This document shows positions 23,449 through 37,353 of a stretch of DNA of 64,000 bases, piece after piece (within the stretch, counting starts at the first letter, position 1; every line of letters starts with the position of its first letter). Location of the stretch: NCBI RefSeq assembly GCF_006345805.1, contig NC_043003.1, forward strand, positions 69,068,001 through 69,132,000, written 5' to 3'. The stretch comes from Octopus sinensis. Lineage: Eukaryota. The notes under the pieces were generated by a model, which saw only the letters and a list, made by a program, of their open reading frames with translations, searched no databases and was not told the origin of the DNA. The translations under genes were made by a program, and so were the position numbers.

Positions 23449-24904
23449 CTATATATGTTATATATTTATTTATTCATTATTTATTATTTGTCTCTATGTA
23501 TTAGACTGTTTCTAATGTACAAAATACATGCTGCAGCACTGGGATGTAAATTTACTTAAGTGAAAGGCGACATTTCCCTCCGTCGATATTCCGACAGATA
23601 CATTTGATAAACCAAATTTTTCTGGGTTCCCCTTCATTTGTCATTTTCAGATCAGCTAGAAGCAAATCAAATCTAGCAATGTTTTCCCCCAGCGTAGTTT
23701 AGCAAGAATGCTTTCTTGTAGATAATCTATTTAAGTTCCAGATTAGTAATTTACTTAAAGGCGCCATTCTCACAAAAAGCAATAAGAAAGGTTAGTAACA
23801 TACGTATGCAGTAAACATCATAGCTATGCGTTGAGGAAGCCAAATCGTTAGCTTGGTACTTCATATTATTGCAACCACTGAGCTAAAATGGCTGCCTTTT
23901 TGTCTCATCAAAAGTATTTCTAACTAGATTTCTTATCCACACTGCACTGTATTAATTATATTGGCATTAACTTAATATTTAAAAATTTTTAATTTACTAA
24001 ATAATAAATACAAGTGAACAGTAACAGTGTGTGTATGTCTGTGCGATTGCGTGTTTTAAAAGTTATTCAATCCATTATGTGTTAGTTATTACGATTGTAT
24101 GAGATGTAATTCTTTTACTCACAACACACATTCTCAGATCAAAGTCACGTGCCAAAACCAGTACAGAATATTTAACTTCTATTTGTCCGTCATGGTATAA
24201 TTGATCTTTTAATTTCAGAATTTAATTTAATCAAATCAAGTGAAATTGATTAAATCAAAACTTTTACATTTCAATGTCCGTATCTTCTACTTTCACTTTC
24301 TCCCCCCCCCCCCTTCTCTCACTCACACACTCATTCCCTCGTTGTCTCTCTCACTCCTCCCCTTTTCTCTGTAGTTCTCTTTTGTTTTCCTTTTCTATTG
24401 CTTTTTCCTTCCATTTCTTTCTTTGGCTTTCTTCTACACTGCAGCTGCAATACTTCTTCAATTAGAAATACAATCTTCTTTAATTTATATTTCTATTCCC
24501 ATTACTCAACAGCATCTTTCTGAAAATCTATTGTTTGTCATTAGTCAAACATGAATCCGAAACACCATGGAAAAATCGTTTAAGTTATTTCTAATGGAAC
24601 CTTGATTAATACGATTATTTAAACTTATTGCTTCAGTTATTCCTGTGGCTGCAATAAGAATCGTCATGCTATTCCACAATTAACCGCTATTCAGATGAAA
24701 AGGCCAGATTTTTGCCGTAAGACAGGCATTGTCTTACAACCCAATAACAGACAAGCCGGTGAGAATATATACCGGCAGTCTTTCAACCTGCTAGAAATTG
24801 CAGCCAAATCTCTCTCAAATCAGCTCTCAACATTCTTGACCCTTTGCCTATTCAAAGCATTTTAATAAATGTGCCCTAAATTCCCATGTCTATTTACAAA
24901 CTTT

Positions 24905-25248
24905 GTGAAGGCGCATGACTCAGTGGTTACAGTGTAGAACTTACGATCGTGAGGTTGTGAGTTCGATTCCCGGACTGGGCTGTGTGTTGTATTCTTGAGC
25001 AAAACACTTTATTTCACGTTGCTCCAGTTAACTCAGCTGTAGAAATGAGTTGTGACATCACAGGTGCCAATCTGTATCGGCCTTTGCCTTTCCCTTGGAT
25101 AACATCGGTGGTGTGGAGAGGGGAGGCTGTTATGCATGGGCGACTGCTAGCCTTCCACAAACAATCTTGCCCTTACTTGTGCCTGGGAGGGTAACTTTCT
25201 AGGTACAATCTCATGTTCATTCATGACCGAAGAGGGTCTCCACCTCCT
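24905..25248 (+). mobile_element. SINE family C, head C1 + tail Y
   Basis: GTGAAGGCGCATGACTCAGTGG...GAGTTCGATTCCCGG...TTCTTGAGCAAAACACTTTATTTC; TSD CTATTTACAAACTTT / CTATTTACAGACTTT. Confidence 0.88.
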
Positions 25249-25502
25249 CCTATTTACAGACTTTTAGTTTGCCATTTTTTCATTATGTTCTCAGTAATAA
25301 AAAGCCTCCCTCTTCTAAGTTATAAGTTATTCTGATGGCTGGAAAAAAAATTGGGAATGTCTATCATATTTGATATATGGACGCCAAGAAAATATGCCCT
25401 GAGTATCGCATGTAATACACAGGACAGGCAGAGGGTTAGTAAATGAAAGATACATCAAATAACGTTGTCTAAAATAAAATATGTTACTGCAGCATTTGAC
25501 TT

Positions 25503-26035
25503 CAGATAACATTTCCTATGGATATGATGTCTTAAAAACACGATAAATATCAGAGGACGAAGAAAATACGTCCTAGCAGCGGCCAGTGAGAAGATCAGAT
25601 GCATTTCAGTTTTTTCGAGCTTTTTCAATGACGTGTACTCACAGACAGTCACGAGCTCGGACGAGAATTCGTTGACTCTGATATAAGAAAACGTAAACAA
25701 AAAAAAACATTACTGATATTGCGAATAGCTGTCTGGCTGAACGGAAATTCAGTATATGCATTCGAGGCATTATTTAATCAAAATAATCATTTATGTATCA
25801 TACTTAATGCTTATACACTGTTGATAGGCCAGTTATATCAGTGTCTTCCTGAGATAACACCTCTTACGGATGTGTTGTGTTAAAAATACAATAAATATTA
25901 GCGGTAGATGAAAATTTGTTCCAGCAGCAGCCAACAAGAACGCCACATGTATTTTAGCTTTGTCGAAGGTGCGTTCACGTAACCAGCGACATGCGCGAGC
26001 GAGAATGCGTCGTCTCCGATACAAGAGAGAAAATT
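25503..26035. repeat. Diverged direct duplication (two copies of about 185 bp, period 348)
   Basis: 25503-25690 aligns with 25851-26035; first 117 nt align without gaps. Confidence 0.8.
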
Positions 26036-26084
26036 GAATAAAACAGTTTTTCAGGTTGTGAATAAAAAATATTTTCATTTAGCC

Positions 26085-26291
26085 CGGCTGACAGAATCGG
26101 TGGCACGCCGGACAAAATTCTTGGCGGCATTTCGCCCGTCTTTACGCTCTGAGTTCAAATTCTGCTTAGGTCAACATTGCCTTTCATCCTTTCTGGGTCG
26201 ATAAATTAAGCACCAGCGAAACACTGCGGTCGATGTCATCGACTTATCCTCTTCCCCAAAATTGCTGGCCTTGTGCCAAAATTTGAAACCA
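26085..26291 (+). mobile_element. SINE family A monomer (tail B)
   Basis: Head, B box, core and CCCCAAAATTGCTGGCCTTGTGCC tail. Confidence 0.88.
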
Positions 26292-26869
26292 ATATTTACA
26301 CGGTATTATTTATAGCTTTATCTACTTCAAGTTCCACATTTTAAAAAAAACGATGTATTTCCGTAATACAAATTCAAATATTTGTGTCTGTCTTTTTTAT
26401 CTTTCATTTTTGTCTTTTATTTCTGTTATAGTTGTTGCTTAGCCTCAGATCGGGGCTCTGATTAAGTGGGCCTATGATTTAATTTAACATCCAAAATAAT
26501 CGGAAATTATTGATTGACTGCAATGACAACTGCAATTCATAGCAGAATATATAGAAGAATTTCTCCTGCTTTTGAAGAATGTAAGCAAGGCAGAAAGAGA
26601 GAAATAGAAAAAGTAGAAATATTGAGTTGATTTGTTTCTCTGGCATTACAATCTCTATTCCTCACTCACAGACAAAGGACAAAAACCCGACACGTTAGAT
26701 TGACCGCTCATCGTAGCATTAGAGTTCATGAAACTCTGCTATAGATTATCGTATGATCAATGACTCTCTTGCTATGATTATCCCGTCATCTTACAAATAA
26801 GTAGAACAATTCTATCTAATATAATAGTTCCTTATCTATAATGCCATCGTGAGGTATAATGGAAATTCG

Positions 26870-27190
26870 ATTTGGGGTAATGTTACGTGGCAGGATGGAT
26901 AGCGTAGAGATCAGAGAGCCTCTCCAGGTCAACCCGTTACTTTTCTGTATTGAGGGTCACAGATCTGGTACTATGGACCTCTGATGAGTATGTCGCAGGA
27001 AAGAATCGTAAGAACCTTCAAGCCGAAATCTAGGGGTAGAATAAGAACGAGATGGCTGGATAACATCCTTAGTGGTGGTCACACTTGGAAATCCAGTCGA
27101 GAGTTATAATGACAATTGTTTCCTATAGGACCCGATTAAGGAGCTACCTAATTACTCTACCGCCATGACTCTCACAGGAATAGTGTACAG
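26870..27190 (+). mobile_element. RTE-clade LINE 3' relic
   Basis: GVMLRGRMDSVEIREPLQVNPLLFCIE / WYYGPLMSMSQERIVR / RGRIRTRWLDNI. Confidence 0.75.
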
Positions 27191-27210
27191 AGAAGATGGG
27201 CCGTTTTTAA

Positions 27211-27750
27211 CACATTGACTCCCACACATCTTGCTGGTGGGTCGTGGTGGTATGTTCGCGAGTCCCGCCTGACGCACTAGCGAGTCGGTTTTTTTTTTTT
27301 TCATTTCTTTCCTATGGGCTTTCTGAGAACTAGAATGCTCCGACTGCTTTGATTTACACTTTTGCTACACCAAGAGAATAATTTTTAAAAAAAATTTTTA
27401 TATATTTTTTTTTTGTAATGAGGTAAAATAAAAGATTAAGTATTGAGAAAATTTTAATTGCCATTGAAACAAAAATAGTTCATTTTGAAAAGATTTCGAG
27501 ATCTTCCAATAGAAAGTACCCAAAATAATTAATTAACCATGGGTAGGCGTGTGTTATGTAAGATGTGATATGAACAAGGGTGCCACACGAACCTCCTGTG
27601 GGACGTGGGTATCTAACACTACCTTTACGATACTTGTTTCACATATGGTATAGTGTCAAAATATTACGCCGCTCATATCAAAATTAATTATATATTAATT
27701 GCATTGGAACCCTGGGATAAAATGTAAAATGAGGTTCGGGAGCCAACGTG
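27211..27750. mobile_element. piggyBac-type MITE
   Basis: TTAA on both sides; TIRs CACATTGACTCCC / GGGAGCCAACGTG (11/13 match). Confidence 0.78.
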
Positions 27751-28409
27751 TTAAAACCAGAAATGGTGACAAAACTTGAATAATTTTGTTTGCGGTTTTA
27801 TCAGTGATGTATCGCCTTATTTTTAGCTTGCTGAATTAATAGTGAACAAATCACCAGATAGATAAAGAGAAAAGTTTGCTGTTTAATTTTCACAAGATAA
27901 TAATACTGTCTTTTTAAAAAATTCTTAGCTGCTAGTCAAAATAGAACTTCCTGAAATCACACCAATTTAATGAGCATGGTATCATAACACTTGTAACACG
28001 AACATAAATGTCAAAAACGGATAAAATAAGAACTAATAAATATTGATTCGATAATTTCACTTTCCTTGGGAGAATTTATTTTTGATTTATGCCTCCCAGT
28101 TATCGTTTATATTTTACGAAACTTATTGAGCTTCTGGGATTACGAAATGTATAGAGATTATGGGATTAAGAAAAGTATAGAGCTTCTGGGAATAAGGTAT
28201 CTGTCAATTACCGGTTCCATTCAGCAGACAATATCTTCCACTCTAAAAACAGTACTTTTTGCTGCTCAACCTAATACACTTATGTAAGCCTTCGGTGAAT
28301 ACATTATTTTGATGTGGTTTATTTTTTTCTATTGTATTGAAAGTATTGTTTGTAGCGCTATTTTATCTACACCCATCCGCATTGGTTGTGAAGTTATAAG
28401 GCTTTGTAA

Positions 28410-28623
28410 GGCGGCGAGCTGGTAGAATCGTTAAGCACGCCACGCAAAATGCTTAGCCTTATTTCGTCTGTCTTTACATTCTGAGTTCAAATTCCGCCGA
28501 GGTCGACTTTGCTTTTCATCCCTTCGGAGTTAATAAATTAACAAGTTGTGTAATGGGGACGATCTAATCGACTGGCGACTGGCCCCTCCCCCAAAATTTC
28601 GGGCCTTGTGCCTAGAGTGGAAA
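28410..28623 (+). mobile_element. SINE family A monomer (tail B)
   Basis: Full head/core/tail; TSD AGTTATAAGGCTTTGT / AGTTATATGCCTTTGT. Confidence 0.92.
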
Positions 28624-28737
28624 AGTTATATGCCTTTGTTTTCGTCATTCCCAAAGCACCTGTTAAAATAATTCTTTCCGTGCTTAATTCCCGTGATCTT
28701 ATTACTACATTTCTTGATCTATATGTTTTTGATAATT

Positions 28738-28944
28738 TTATTCTTTTACTTGTTTTAGGCATTTGACTGCGGCTATGCTGTAGCGCCGCTGTTAGTCGAA
28801 CAAATCGACCCCAGGACTTATTCTTTCTAAGCATAGTACTTATTCTATCGATCTGTTTGGCCGAACCGCTAAAGTACGGGGATGTAAACACACCAACATC
28901 GGTTGTCAGGTGATGGGAGGGGGACTAACACAGACATACAAACA

Positions 28945-29014
<70 letters not shown>

Positions 29015-29087
29015 GCCACGCAGTGGGACTGAAACCCAGAACCATGTGGATGGTAAGCAAGCTACTTACCACACAGCAACTCCTGCC
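28738..29087 (-). mobile_element. SINE family B with internal deletion
   Basis: Head joined directly to the microsatellite, then full tail. Confidence 0.87.
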
Positions 29088-29319
29088 ACTCCAGTTCTTT
29101 TAATGAAACAATATCGTCTGCTGGGAGCCTCACTTTGCTAAAATAAAAAAAAAGGAAGTCCTGCTTTCCTTCAATATTTTTGACAAGAATATGCCTTAAA
29201 TGTCCGCATAATTTAATAAACCCATTTATTCCAGATCATCGTCACTTTATCATCTCTCCGAAAAAATATGTTGTGTTTGTCTTATCGCTTTTCTGCATAT
29301 ATTTCACAGAGTACGTACA

Positions 29320-29320
29320 A

Positions 29321-29351
<31 letters not shown>

Positions 29352-29388
29352 AACAGACAGGCAGACAGACACGCAGATAGATAGATAA

Positions 29389-29450
<62 letters not shown>

Positions 29451-29552
29451 GGATGGATGGATGGATGGATGGATGATGGATGGATGGATGGATGGATGGA
29501 TGGATGGATGGATGGATGGATGGATGGATGGATGGATGGATGGATGGATGGA
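29320..29552. repeat. Compound (GACA)n(GATA)n(GGAT)n microsatellite
   Basis: Directly visible. Confidence 0.97.
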
Positions 29553-31579
29553 CATATCTAGGTAAAATTGAGCAACTTTGATTAAAACAAGTAAAAGAAA
29601 AATAAAAAAAACAACAAACATTATGATTGTTTCTTCACTGATTCCACATATTCTGGAAGTACTTATTCTATTTTGCTTCATAGTTTCTGGTGAGGAAGTT
29701 CATATCGTGTGTCAGAATCAAAAATCCTTCCTACTCGGTTTACAACCTCATTTTCTCGCCACTGCTTAGTCATTCTCTTTATCCATTTAAGATTCGAAGT
29801 GAATTAGCTGTGTAGGTATTGGCTATGCAGAGTTTTATTTTGTCAGCATAATACTATCTTCATTCGACTAACAACGCTTCAAGGCGGTGCGCCAATAAGG
29901 CTGCAGTCTAATGACTGAAGTAATTAAAACGTAAACAATAAAAGCATAAACAAACGGCTTATTCTTCGATTATGAGAACTATTCTGTTAACAAGCTAAAC
30001 AATTATTTCATCTAGTAAAATTCCTCGAATTACGAATATGGAATTTTTATCTTTAAAGCCCGTAGTGTATTTAAATATACCACTGACGTCACACAAGGTG
30101 TTTTTTTCTTTTTTTTTTGTCAAAAATAAACTGTTTTATTAATATCATATTGATATGTTCTGCGTGGCATTATTTTCCGTTTCAATAACTAGTCTTCCTT
30201 TGTTTTGTTACTCTTTCCCTTTTGTTAAATTGTTCTTTTGTGGTTGAATTTCTCCCGGAGATTTAAGAATTGTATTGCAATTCTGAAATTACTGTAATTA
30301 ATATTGTTGTGGTTATTTTTTGTTATAATTCTTCTTGCTGTTGTTATGGTGATGGTGGTGGTGTCAGTAATAGCTCGCTATGCGTCGCTCGTACGTGTGT
30401 TCGTGTGTTTATAGGTTCAAAGCTTTGTTTTTAAGCCAACCAGAATAAATAAGGCTGGTTGGCTTTTGTTTTTCACGTTCCTTTAGGGCTAAAATTTGCT
30501 AGAAAAATTTTCAAACTTTGTTTTGAAAAACGCATTGTTTAGAAACGTGGCGCCACCTTCTACAGCAAGACGTAACTCGCAAAGGTAGGCGTGACACCTC
30601 AAAACGAAGAGAACAACTTTGAAGGGTTGAAAGTCTAAAGTCTAAATGATTGCACGACTACAGCGACAAACGACTGTAGCCGTAACAACGACAAAAAGCA
30701 ACAACAGAAGCAACTGCAATAATAATATAGACGTCATTATGCACATGATTGTTGGAAGTTCCAAATATTAGACCACTACTATAAGGGCAAACTGCAGTAG
30801 CAGTAAAAGCAACTACATTAACATAAATAACAGCAGAAACAGTAACAAACAACGATTGCAAAGGTAAGAACGACAGCAGCAAACAGTGACTGAAAGTCTA
30901 AAACAATAGCTAAAACAATAGCATAAAATGACAATGGCCTCCAAGTCATCCCTTCTCAGACTTAGGCCACACAGACATGTAATGTGGCGAGGGGAACGGT
31001 GAGGAGCCCAAAAAGCTACTATTGCAAAGAAAATGAAAATAAGCAAAACCCCGCCAACAAAAACTAGAAGATATGAATAAATGTGGGAGTTGCATCAACA
31101 CCACCCCTAACACCAGTTACACCATCACCACCACCACTAATATCATAAACAGTACCCTTGCAATTACAAGCACAACCTAACACGAACACGCATGCCTACA
31201 GTCAGAACAAAACTCTCAACACCATCAAGAAATCATTAAAAACACGGCCGTAGACACACGCAATAACTAATTAATCACATACACCAACATATGAGCATGA
31301 TGCACAATAACTACTTTACATAAACTAACAGCTCACGTGAAAAAAGTTATCCAATTATCACAAGCATTTGACATTTGAACAAATTAATAATTCAAAGGGA
31401 GTTGATGACTTCAGAGGGTGGTATAGGCCTAAGGTTTATAGAAGACATTTCCAGTCCGGGATAAACTCTGCAGGTATGATAGTGCCGTCAACTACTTTCA
31501 TAGTGATGAAACTATCCTGCACGAGATTGTACAATGTTCGTGGAGTTATATTTAACAGCTACTATCACGTGACGAACGG

Positions 31580-32120
31580 ATCCGGCTATCGGCCGACTCC
31601 GTCGTTAAGATCGCCCCGCTGTCTTTTTTTTTTGGTAGAGAAGAGCGGGCAGTTTTCCTCTACTTGGTGACTATGACGGAAGTGTTTGTGTGATGGACGA
31701 GAGTGAAAGGACTGAAGAGAGTGGACACTCTCTTCTTCGGCCAAGATCTCACTAATGTTTTTAAAGTTCCATTTGTAAAAAAGAGGGCGATGGAAATTTG
31801 TTAAAAAGTGAGTGAATGTTGCGAAGATAGATGAAGGGAGTGGGCCTACTCTCAGTTATTGCTTGTAGAACGGTGAGAATGAATGGAAAATGGTGTACTT
31901 CCTTGTGGTAATTTTGGTTGTCAGAGATATCCAGATTCTGTGTGTTACTCTGATTAGCGCTGGATGGCACTCCTCCTAATGAGAAATTTTATTATAATTA
32001 TGTTGTTAATTATTATTGGGGTTTTTATTGTTTTCACGTGTTTACGTAAATCCCACTATTCTTTGGCTTTATGCTGTCCTAAGTGGTTTTGCGGCCCTTG
32101 TGGCCAATAACCAAAACATT
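31580..32120 (+). mobile_element. Non-LTR retrotransposon 3' end (possibly L1/Tx1-like)
   Basis: V*WTRVKGLK..FKFHL..KFVKK*VNVAK; 3' end GGCCCTTGTGGCCAATAA then simple-repeat tail; homologous to 39950-40250. Confidence 0.5.
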
Positions 32121-32126
32121 ATTATT

Positions 32127-32168
<42 letters not shown>

Positions 32169-32493
32169 ACGTCTTTGTAATTGCTTGTCCTACATTGCTA
32201 ACAATCTTATCTGTTAATCTTCCCCTGGTTTTCTTTCACTGCCGTTTTATCTATTGACGTACAAACAGTGATATATAGAGCCAGAATGTGAAAAGTCATT
32301 GTATGTGAGAAGTGTCAGACATCTAAACCGTCCATCTATTAACAGTAATATATAATAATTTCTTACAGCGATATAAATCTTAAGTGTGTAATTAGAGATA
32401 TTATGTCTTGCAGAGAGAAACAAATCAAAATCTCCAAGCTGTATGTATGTGTGTGTATTTATGAAGATACGAATGCCTGGTCGTATGTACTTA

Positions 32494-32699
32494 TGTATGT
32501 ATATGCTATCGTAAGTATGATGTTCATTTAGATTAATAACTGGACGGATAGATTTATAGTTATCCCCGTTGGATGGTCAAGAAGCAGAATCGTTATATCG
32601 TCGAAAAGAAATTCTTAGCGGTTTTTGTTCCGGTCTTTTGCTAGCTGAGTTCTAATCCCGATGAGATCAATTTTAGAAAAATTCAATATAGGTTATCCT
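32494..32699 (+). repeat. About 205-bp direct repeat, copy 1 (copy 2 at 36866-37071)
   Basis: Near-identical sequence, offset 4372 bp; includes a decayed SINE A head. Confidence 0.92.
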
Positions 32700-32885
32700 G
32701 GGATATGATGGATTCTTGCATCCCATATCAGGGCCAGCGCTCCACTTGTGGACTCTGCTAAAAGAAACCCTCAAACTTTTAACCCATAACTTACCACAAT
32801 TGCTCAACAAACGCAACGAAAACTTCACAACATGTAAACACAAATTCTTCCGCACTTTAAAATTCTTTCATAAATACAAATGTAA
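32695..32885 (+). mobile_element. Penelope-like element GIY-YIG C-terminal relic
   Basis: WDMMDSCIPYQGQRSTCGLC* then (frameshift) KETLKLL..LLNKRNENFTTCKHK, matching PLE W..PY...CxLC..EK...LLNKR.E...CRH. Confidence 0.78.
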
Positions 32886-32898
32886 ACTTACCCCCCCC

Positions 32899-32934
<36 letters not shown>

Positions 32935-33489
32935 CCACACACATATATACCTCCATGATTATTAATACATACCCTTGTAAATCTCTCCTACCAACCTTAC
33001 AAGATAACTGTCAATTCTTAAATATATTTTTAAACCTTAACCTATTAAACCCCTAATATTTAGCTGTAACTCTTATTCCTGAATAATTTAACATTTAACT
33101 GGTCTCTCCATTCACTTCTACCTACACACCCATACCCCCTTAGCTAAAAATATTTCCAGAGCCATTGATCTTAATCACAGACACTTACTACTAGATATAT
33201 TCCCCAACCCCTATAAACTAGTAGAATAGCACTGGCACCTACTATTCTATTTGAATTCCTTTCATTTTACTTTCTTTTGTATCTTTTTACGTCATCTTCT
33301 TTTACCTCCTCCTCTCGCCTTATTTAGCCATATATATTTATCTATTTATCTTGTCTATTTTTGTACGTTATATTTTTATATACCTTATTTCGTCCCTCAT
33401 ACCAATCCTTGCTTTCCTCCTCCACTTTCTTACCTCCTGCTCCCTTACAAATACCTTCATCTCTTTCTCTAATTTTTCTTTCTCTTTAT

Positions 33490-33677
33490 CCGCAGGAGTG
33501 TTTGTGTAGTAAGTAGCTTGCTTACCAACCTCATGGTTCCGGGTTCATTCCCACTGCGTGGCACCTTGGGCAAGTGTCTTCTATTATAGCCTCGGCCCGA
33601 CCAAAGCTTTGTCAGGGGATTTGGTAGACGGAAACTGAAAGAAGCCGGTCGTATATATGTATATATGTGTGTGTGTG

Positions 33678-33721
<44 letters not shown>

Positions 33722-33733
33722 ATGTATGTATGT

Positions 33734-33773
<40 letters not shown>

Positions 33774-34012
33774 ATGTATGTGTGTACGTGTGTGTGTGTG
33801 TGTGTGTGCGTGTGCGTGTGCGTGTGTGTGTGTGTGTCTGTGTTTGTCCCCCAACTTCGCTTGACAACTGATGCTGGTGTGTTTACCTCCGGCAAAAGAG
33901 ACCGTTAGAATAAGTACTAGACTTCTAAAGAATAAGACCTGAGGTCGATTTGCTCGACTAAAGGCGGCGCTCCAGCATGGCCGCAGTCAAAAGACTGAAA
34001 CAAGTAAAAGAG
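33490..34012 (+). mobile_element. SINE family B, full length, expanded internal microsatellite
   Basis: Matches 14339-14755; CORE-like ACCTTGGGCAAGT. Confidence 0.92.
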
Positions 34013-34270
34013 TATGTACATATATATATATAATTATAAAATATAATTGTATTAAAGAGTTCGGTTAAACTCCACCAACACGCTAGAAACATACGCCAAA
34101 TATCTCTAAAAATCACATCTATATTCCGTTAGAACTGGTTGTAAATGAGCAGATTACAAAATAGATAAGATTTTTTTTAAAAAAAAAGATAGTTAATTGT
34201 AGATCGATTTCTGGCTTAGGGCTATAAAACCCCTTGCTATTTTCAGTACAATATGCCAAAGTATATAGAT

Positions 34271-34307
<37 letters not shown>

Positions 34308-34327
34308 TATATATATATAATATATAT

Positions 34328-34370
<43 letters not shown>

Positions 34371-35000
34371 CTATATATATATATGTGTGTGTGTGTGTGG
34401 TGTGTGTGTGTGTGGTATGTATGTATGTAGTATGTATGTATGTATGTATGTATGTGTGTGTGGTATGTATGTATGTATGTATGTATGTATGTGTGTACGT
34501 GTGTGTGTGTGTGTGTGGTGTGTGTGTGTGTGCGTGTGCGTGTGTGTGTGTGTGTCTGTGTTTGTCCCCCAACTTCGCTTGACAACTGATGCTGGTGTGT
34601 TTACCTCCGGCAAAAGAGACCGTTAGAATAAGTACTAGACTTCTAAAGAATAAGACCTGAGGTCGATTTGCTCGACTAAAGGCGGCGCTCCAGCATGGCC
34701 GCAGTCAAAAGACTGAAACAAGTAAAAGAGTATGTACATATATATATAATTATAAAATATAATTGTATTAAAGAGTTCGGTTAAACTCCACCAACACGCT
34801 AGAAACATACGCCAAATATCTCTAAAAATCACATCTATATTCCGTTAGCACTGGTTGTAAATGAGCAGATTACAAAATAAATAAGATTTTTTTAAAAAAA
34901 AAAGATAGTTAATTGTAGATCGATTTCTGGCTTAGGGCTATAAAACCCCTTGCTATTTTCAGTACAATATGCCAAAGTATATAGATGAAAAAAAAAAAAA

Positions 35001-35086
<86 letters not shown>

Positions 35087-35140
35087 ATTATATATATACA
35101 TATACATATATATATATGTATCTATATATATATATATGTG
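33660..35140 (+). repeat. Near-identical tandem duplication, period about 718 bp
   Basis: 33843 onward repeats at 34561 with few differences; breakpoints lie in microsatellites. Confidence 0.93.
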
Positions 35141-35434
35141 TGTATTTTGATTTTACTATCTTGAAGGGTTCGGTTAAAAACGAACGAAAGCGCAAAAAAG
35201 AATTTTCCAAAATTCTGACTGCCTCCTTCTTCTTTATATATATATATATATATATATATTGAATAATAACACGAACGGTTTACACCTGGTAGCTTACTGG
35301 TAAAGCACCCTCACTTTCACAGTGATTGCTATGTACATGGCAAATGAAAGACGGACGATGGAATATACGAGAATTTATTGTTAATCACAATTGTTTCGAT
35401 ACATCTAGCATCGATCTCTCACATATAGATACAG

Positions 35435-35635
35435 TGACGGTGCTCCAGCATGGCCACAGTCTTGGGGCTGAAACGTATATAAGAATATATAAAAATATAT
35501 ATTCGACAGGCTTCTACACAATTTCCGTCTACTACATTCGCTCGCTTTGAATTCGGCATTCTGGGGCTAGGAGACACTTGCTGTACATTGGGTCTGAACC
35601 CGAATCCAAGTGGTAGCAAAGTGAGAACATGCCTT
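35435..35635 (-). mobile_element. Decayed SINE family B pieces
   Basis: GGTGCTCCAGCATGGCCACAG tail (+) abutting an inverted head half. Confidence 0.6.
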
Positions 35636-36439
35636 CGCTTATTACGGCAATAGATTAGGCAAATGTGGTGAAGTTAATGGTTCGCTTAATATTTTTTCGC
35701 AATAAACTTAATATGAACAGCAATTCCGCCATATTGAAAAAAAACTTCTGCTGAAGCATTGCGTTGCGCCTTTGTTGTCAGGCACTTATTGATTCTTCAA
35801 GTGTTCGTTATTATTTATCTCTATTAACAGTTCCATTTTTAAGAGCATAACAATAGAAGTTCAAATAACAAGGTGACCGCAATGTCATTTCCAATCAAAA
35901 ATTTTTTCTCAGAATATGATAAAATGATATTTAAAACGAAGTAACAGGGCATTTTTTTTTCTTCCGCAATCCATACAAATGCATTCTTTGATTAAATTGT
36001 TCCATCTGTGTGAAAATATGCTTCAGTTGTCAGCCAGATATTTTCCAGATCATTTACTGTTCATTTCTTTTTACAAGCCAATTTTAGATTTCACTTACAT
36101 CTCTGTATCTTCTTTTAGTAATGGTTGTATGGTTTCTATTTTTAAATTTGTCATACACAGCTGGCTCTTATTTCCAAGCGCAAATTTACTTACCTAGCAG
36201 TCGCTATTCATTTTACTCACAGGCGAATTGATTTATTCATTTCAGAACGGAATTATTTTCGTGATTCATTCTTAAGTAATTCCCTTATAGACAGCTTTCA
36301 ACGTTTATTTCTGTTTTACACATTACTATTGTGATTTTTTTTTTTAAATCATGTTAAATTATTTGAAGCAGCCATTATGCATACAACATACTTCAATATG
36401 TTTTCGGCTGAAGAAGTATCTATAGTCTTACACGATACT

Positions 36440-36610
36440 TTTCATTTGTTACTCGTTCAGTTATTGGACGGCGACCAACTGGGGCACCGCCTTCAAAGTT
36501 TTGTTCTTTTTAGTAAATAGACTCCAGTACTTATTTTTCAATCTGGTGTGCATTCTATCGGTTCGCTTGTCCGACCGCTAAGTTTCGGAGATAGAAACAA
36601 ACCAGTGCAT
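36440..36610 (-). mobile_element. SINE family B tail, decayed
   Basis: GCACCGCCTT...AGTACTTATT...TTCTATCGGT...CCGCTAAG. Confidence 0.7.
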
Positions 36611-36652
36611 ACATACACACACACATACATACATACACAGATATATACATAC

Positions 36653-36770
<118 letters not shown>

Positions 36771-37353
36771 TATATATATATAATATATATATATAGGAGA
36801 GACAGACAGAGATGTACTTATGCACATCATTTTCAATAAAAAAACATATCTGCTACAACTTGTACTGTATGTATATGCTATCGTAAGTATGATATTCATT
36901 TAGATTAATAACTAGACGGATAGATTTATAGTTATCCCCGTTGGATGGTCAAGAAGCAGAATCGTTATATCGTCGAAAAGAAATTCATAGCAGTTTTTGT
37001 TCCGGTCTTCTGCTAGCTGAGTTCTAATCCCGATGAAATCATTAATAGAAAAATTTAATATAGGTTATCCTAATATAGGTCTCCTCTATCATATACATAT
37101 AAATTTATATGTGTGTGTGTGTATGTATGTATGTGTGTGTGCATCCACACACACACACACATTACAGACGCACACACGCACACATCAACACGTTAAAGTC
37201 ACCAGCCCCTATCCACACGCACACACTTACACACTCTCGCATGCACATACGCACGAGCACCTTCGCTTTGGGATCACCAGTACTTTATTATCCCCCCCTT
37301 CTTCCTAGCTCTCCTGTCTAAGCACCTTTGTCTCTATTTATTTCCTCATGTAC

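Noticed and set aside
26981-27013. CTGATGA...GAAA hammerhead-like match
   Set aside because: No stem II; lies within RTE coding relic.
27580-27620. HDV-like ribozyme pattern (CCTCCTGTGG...GG...CTAA)
   Set aside because: P1 and P2 pairings could not be formed.
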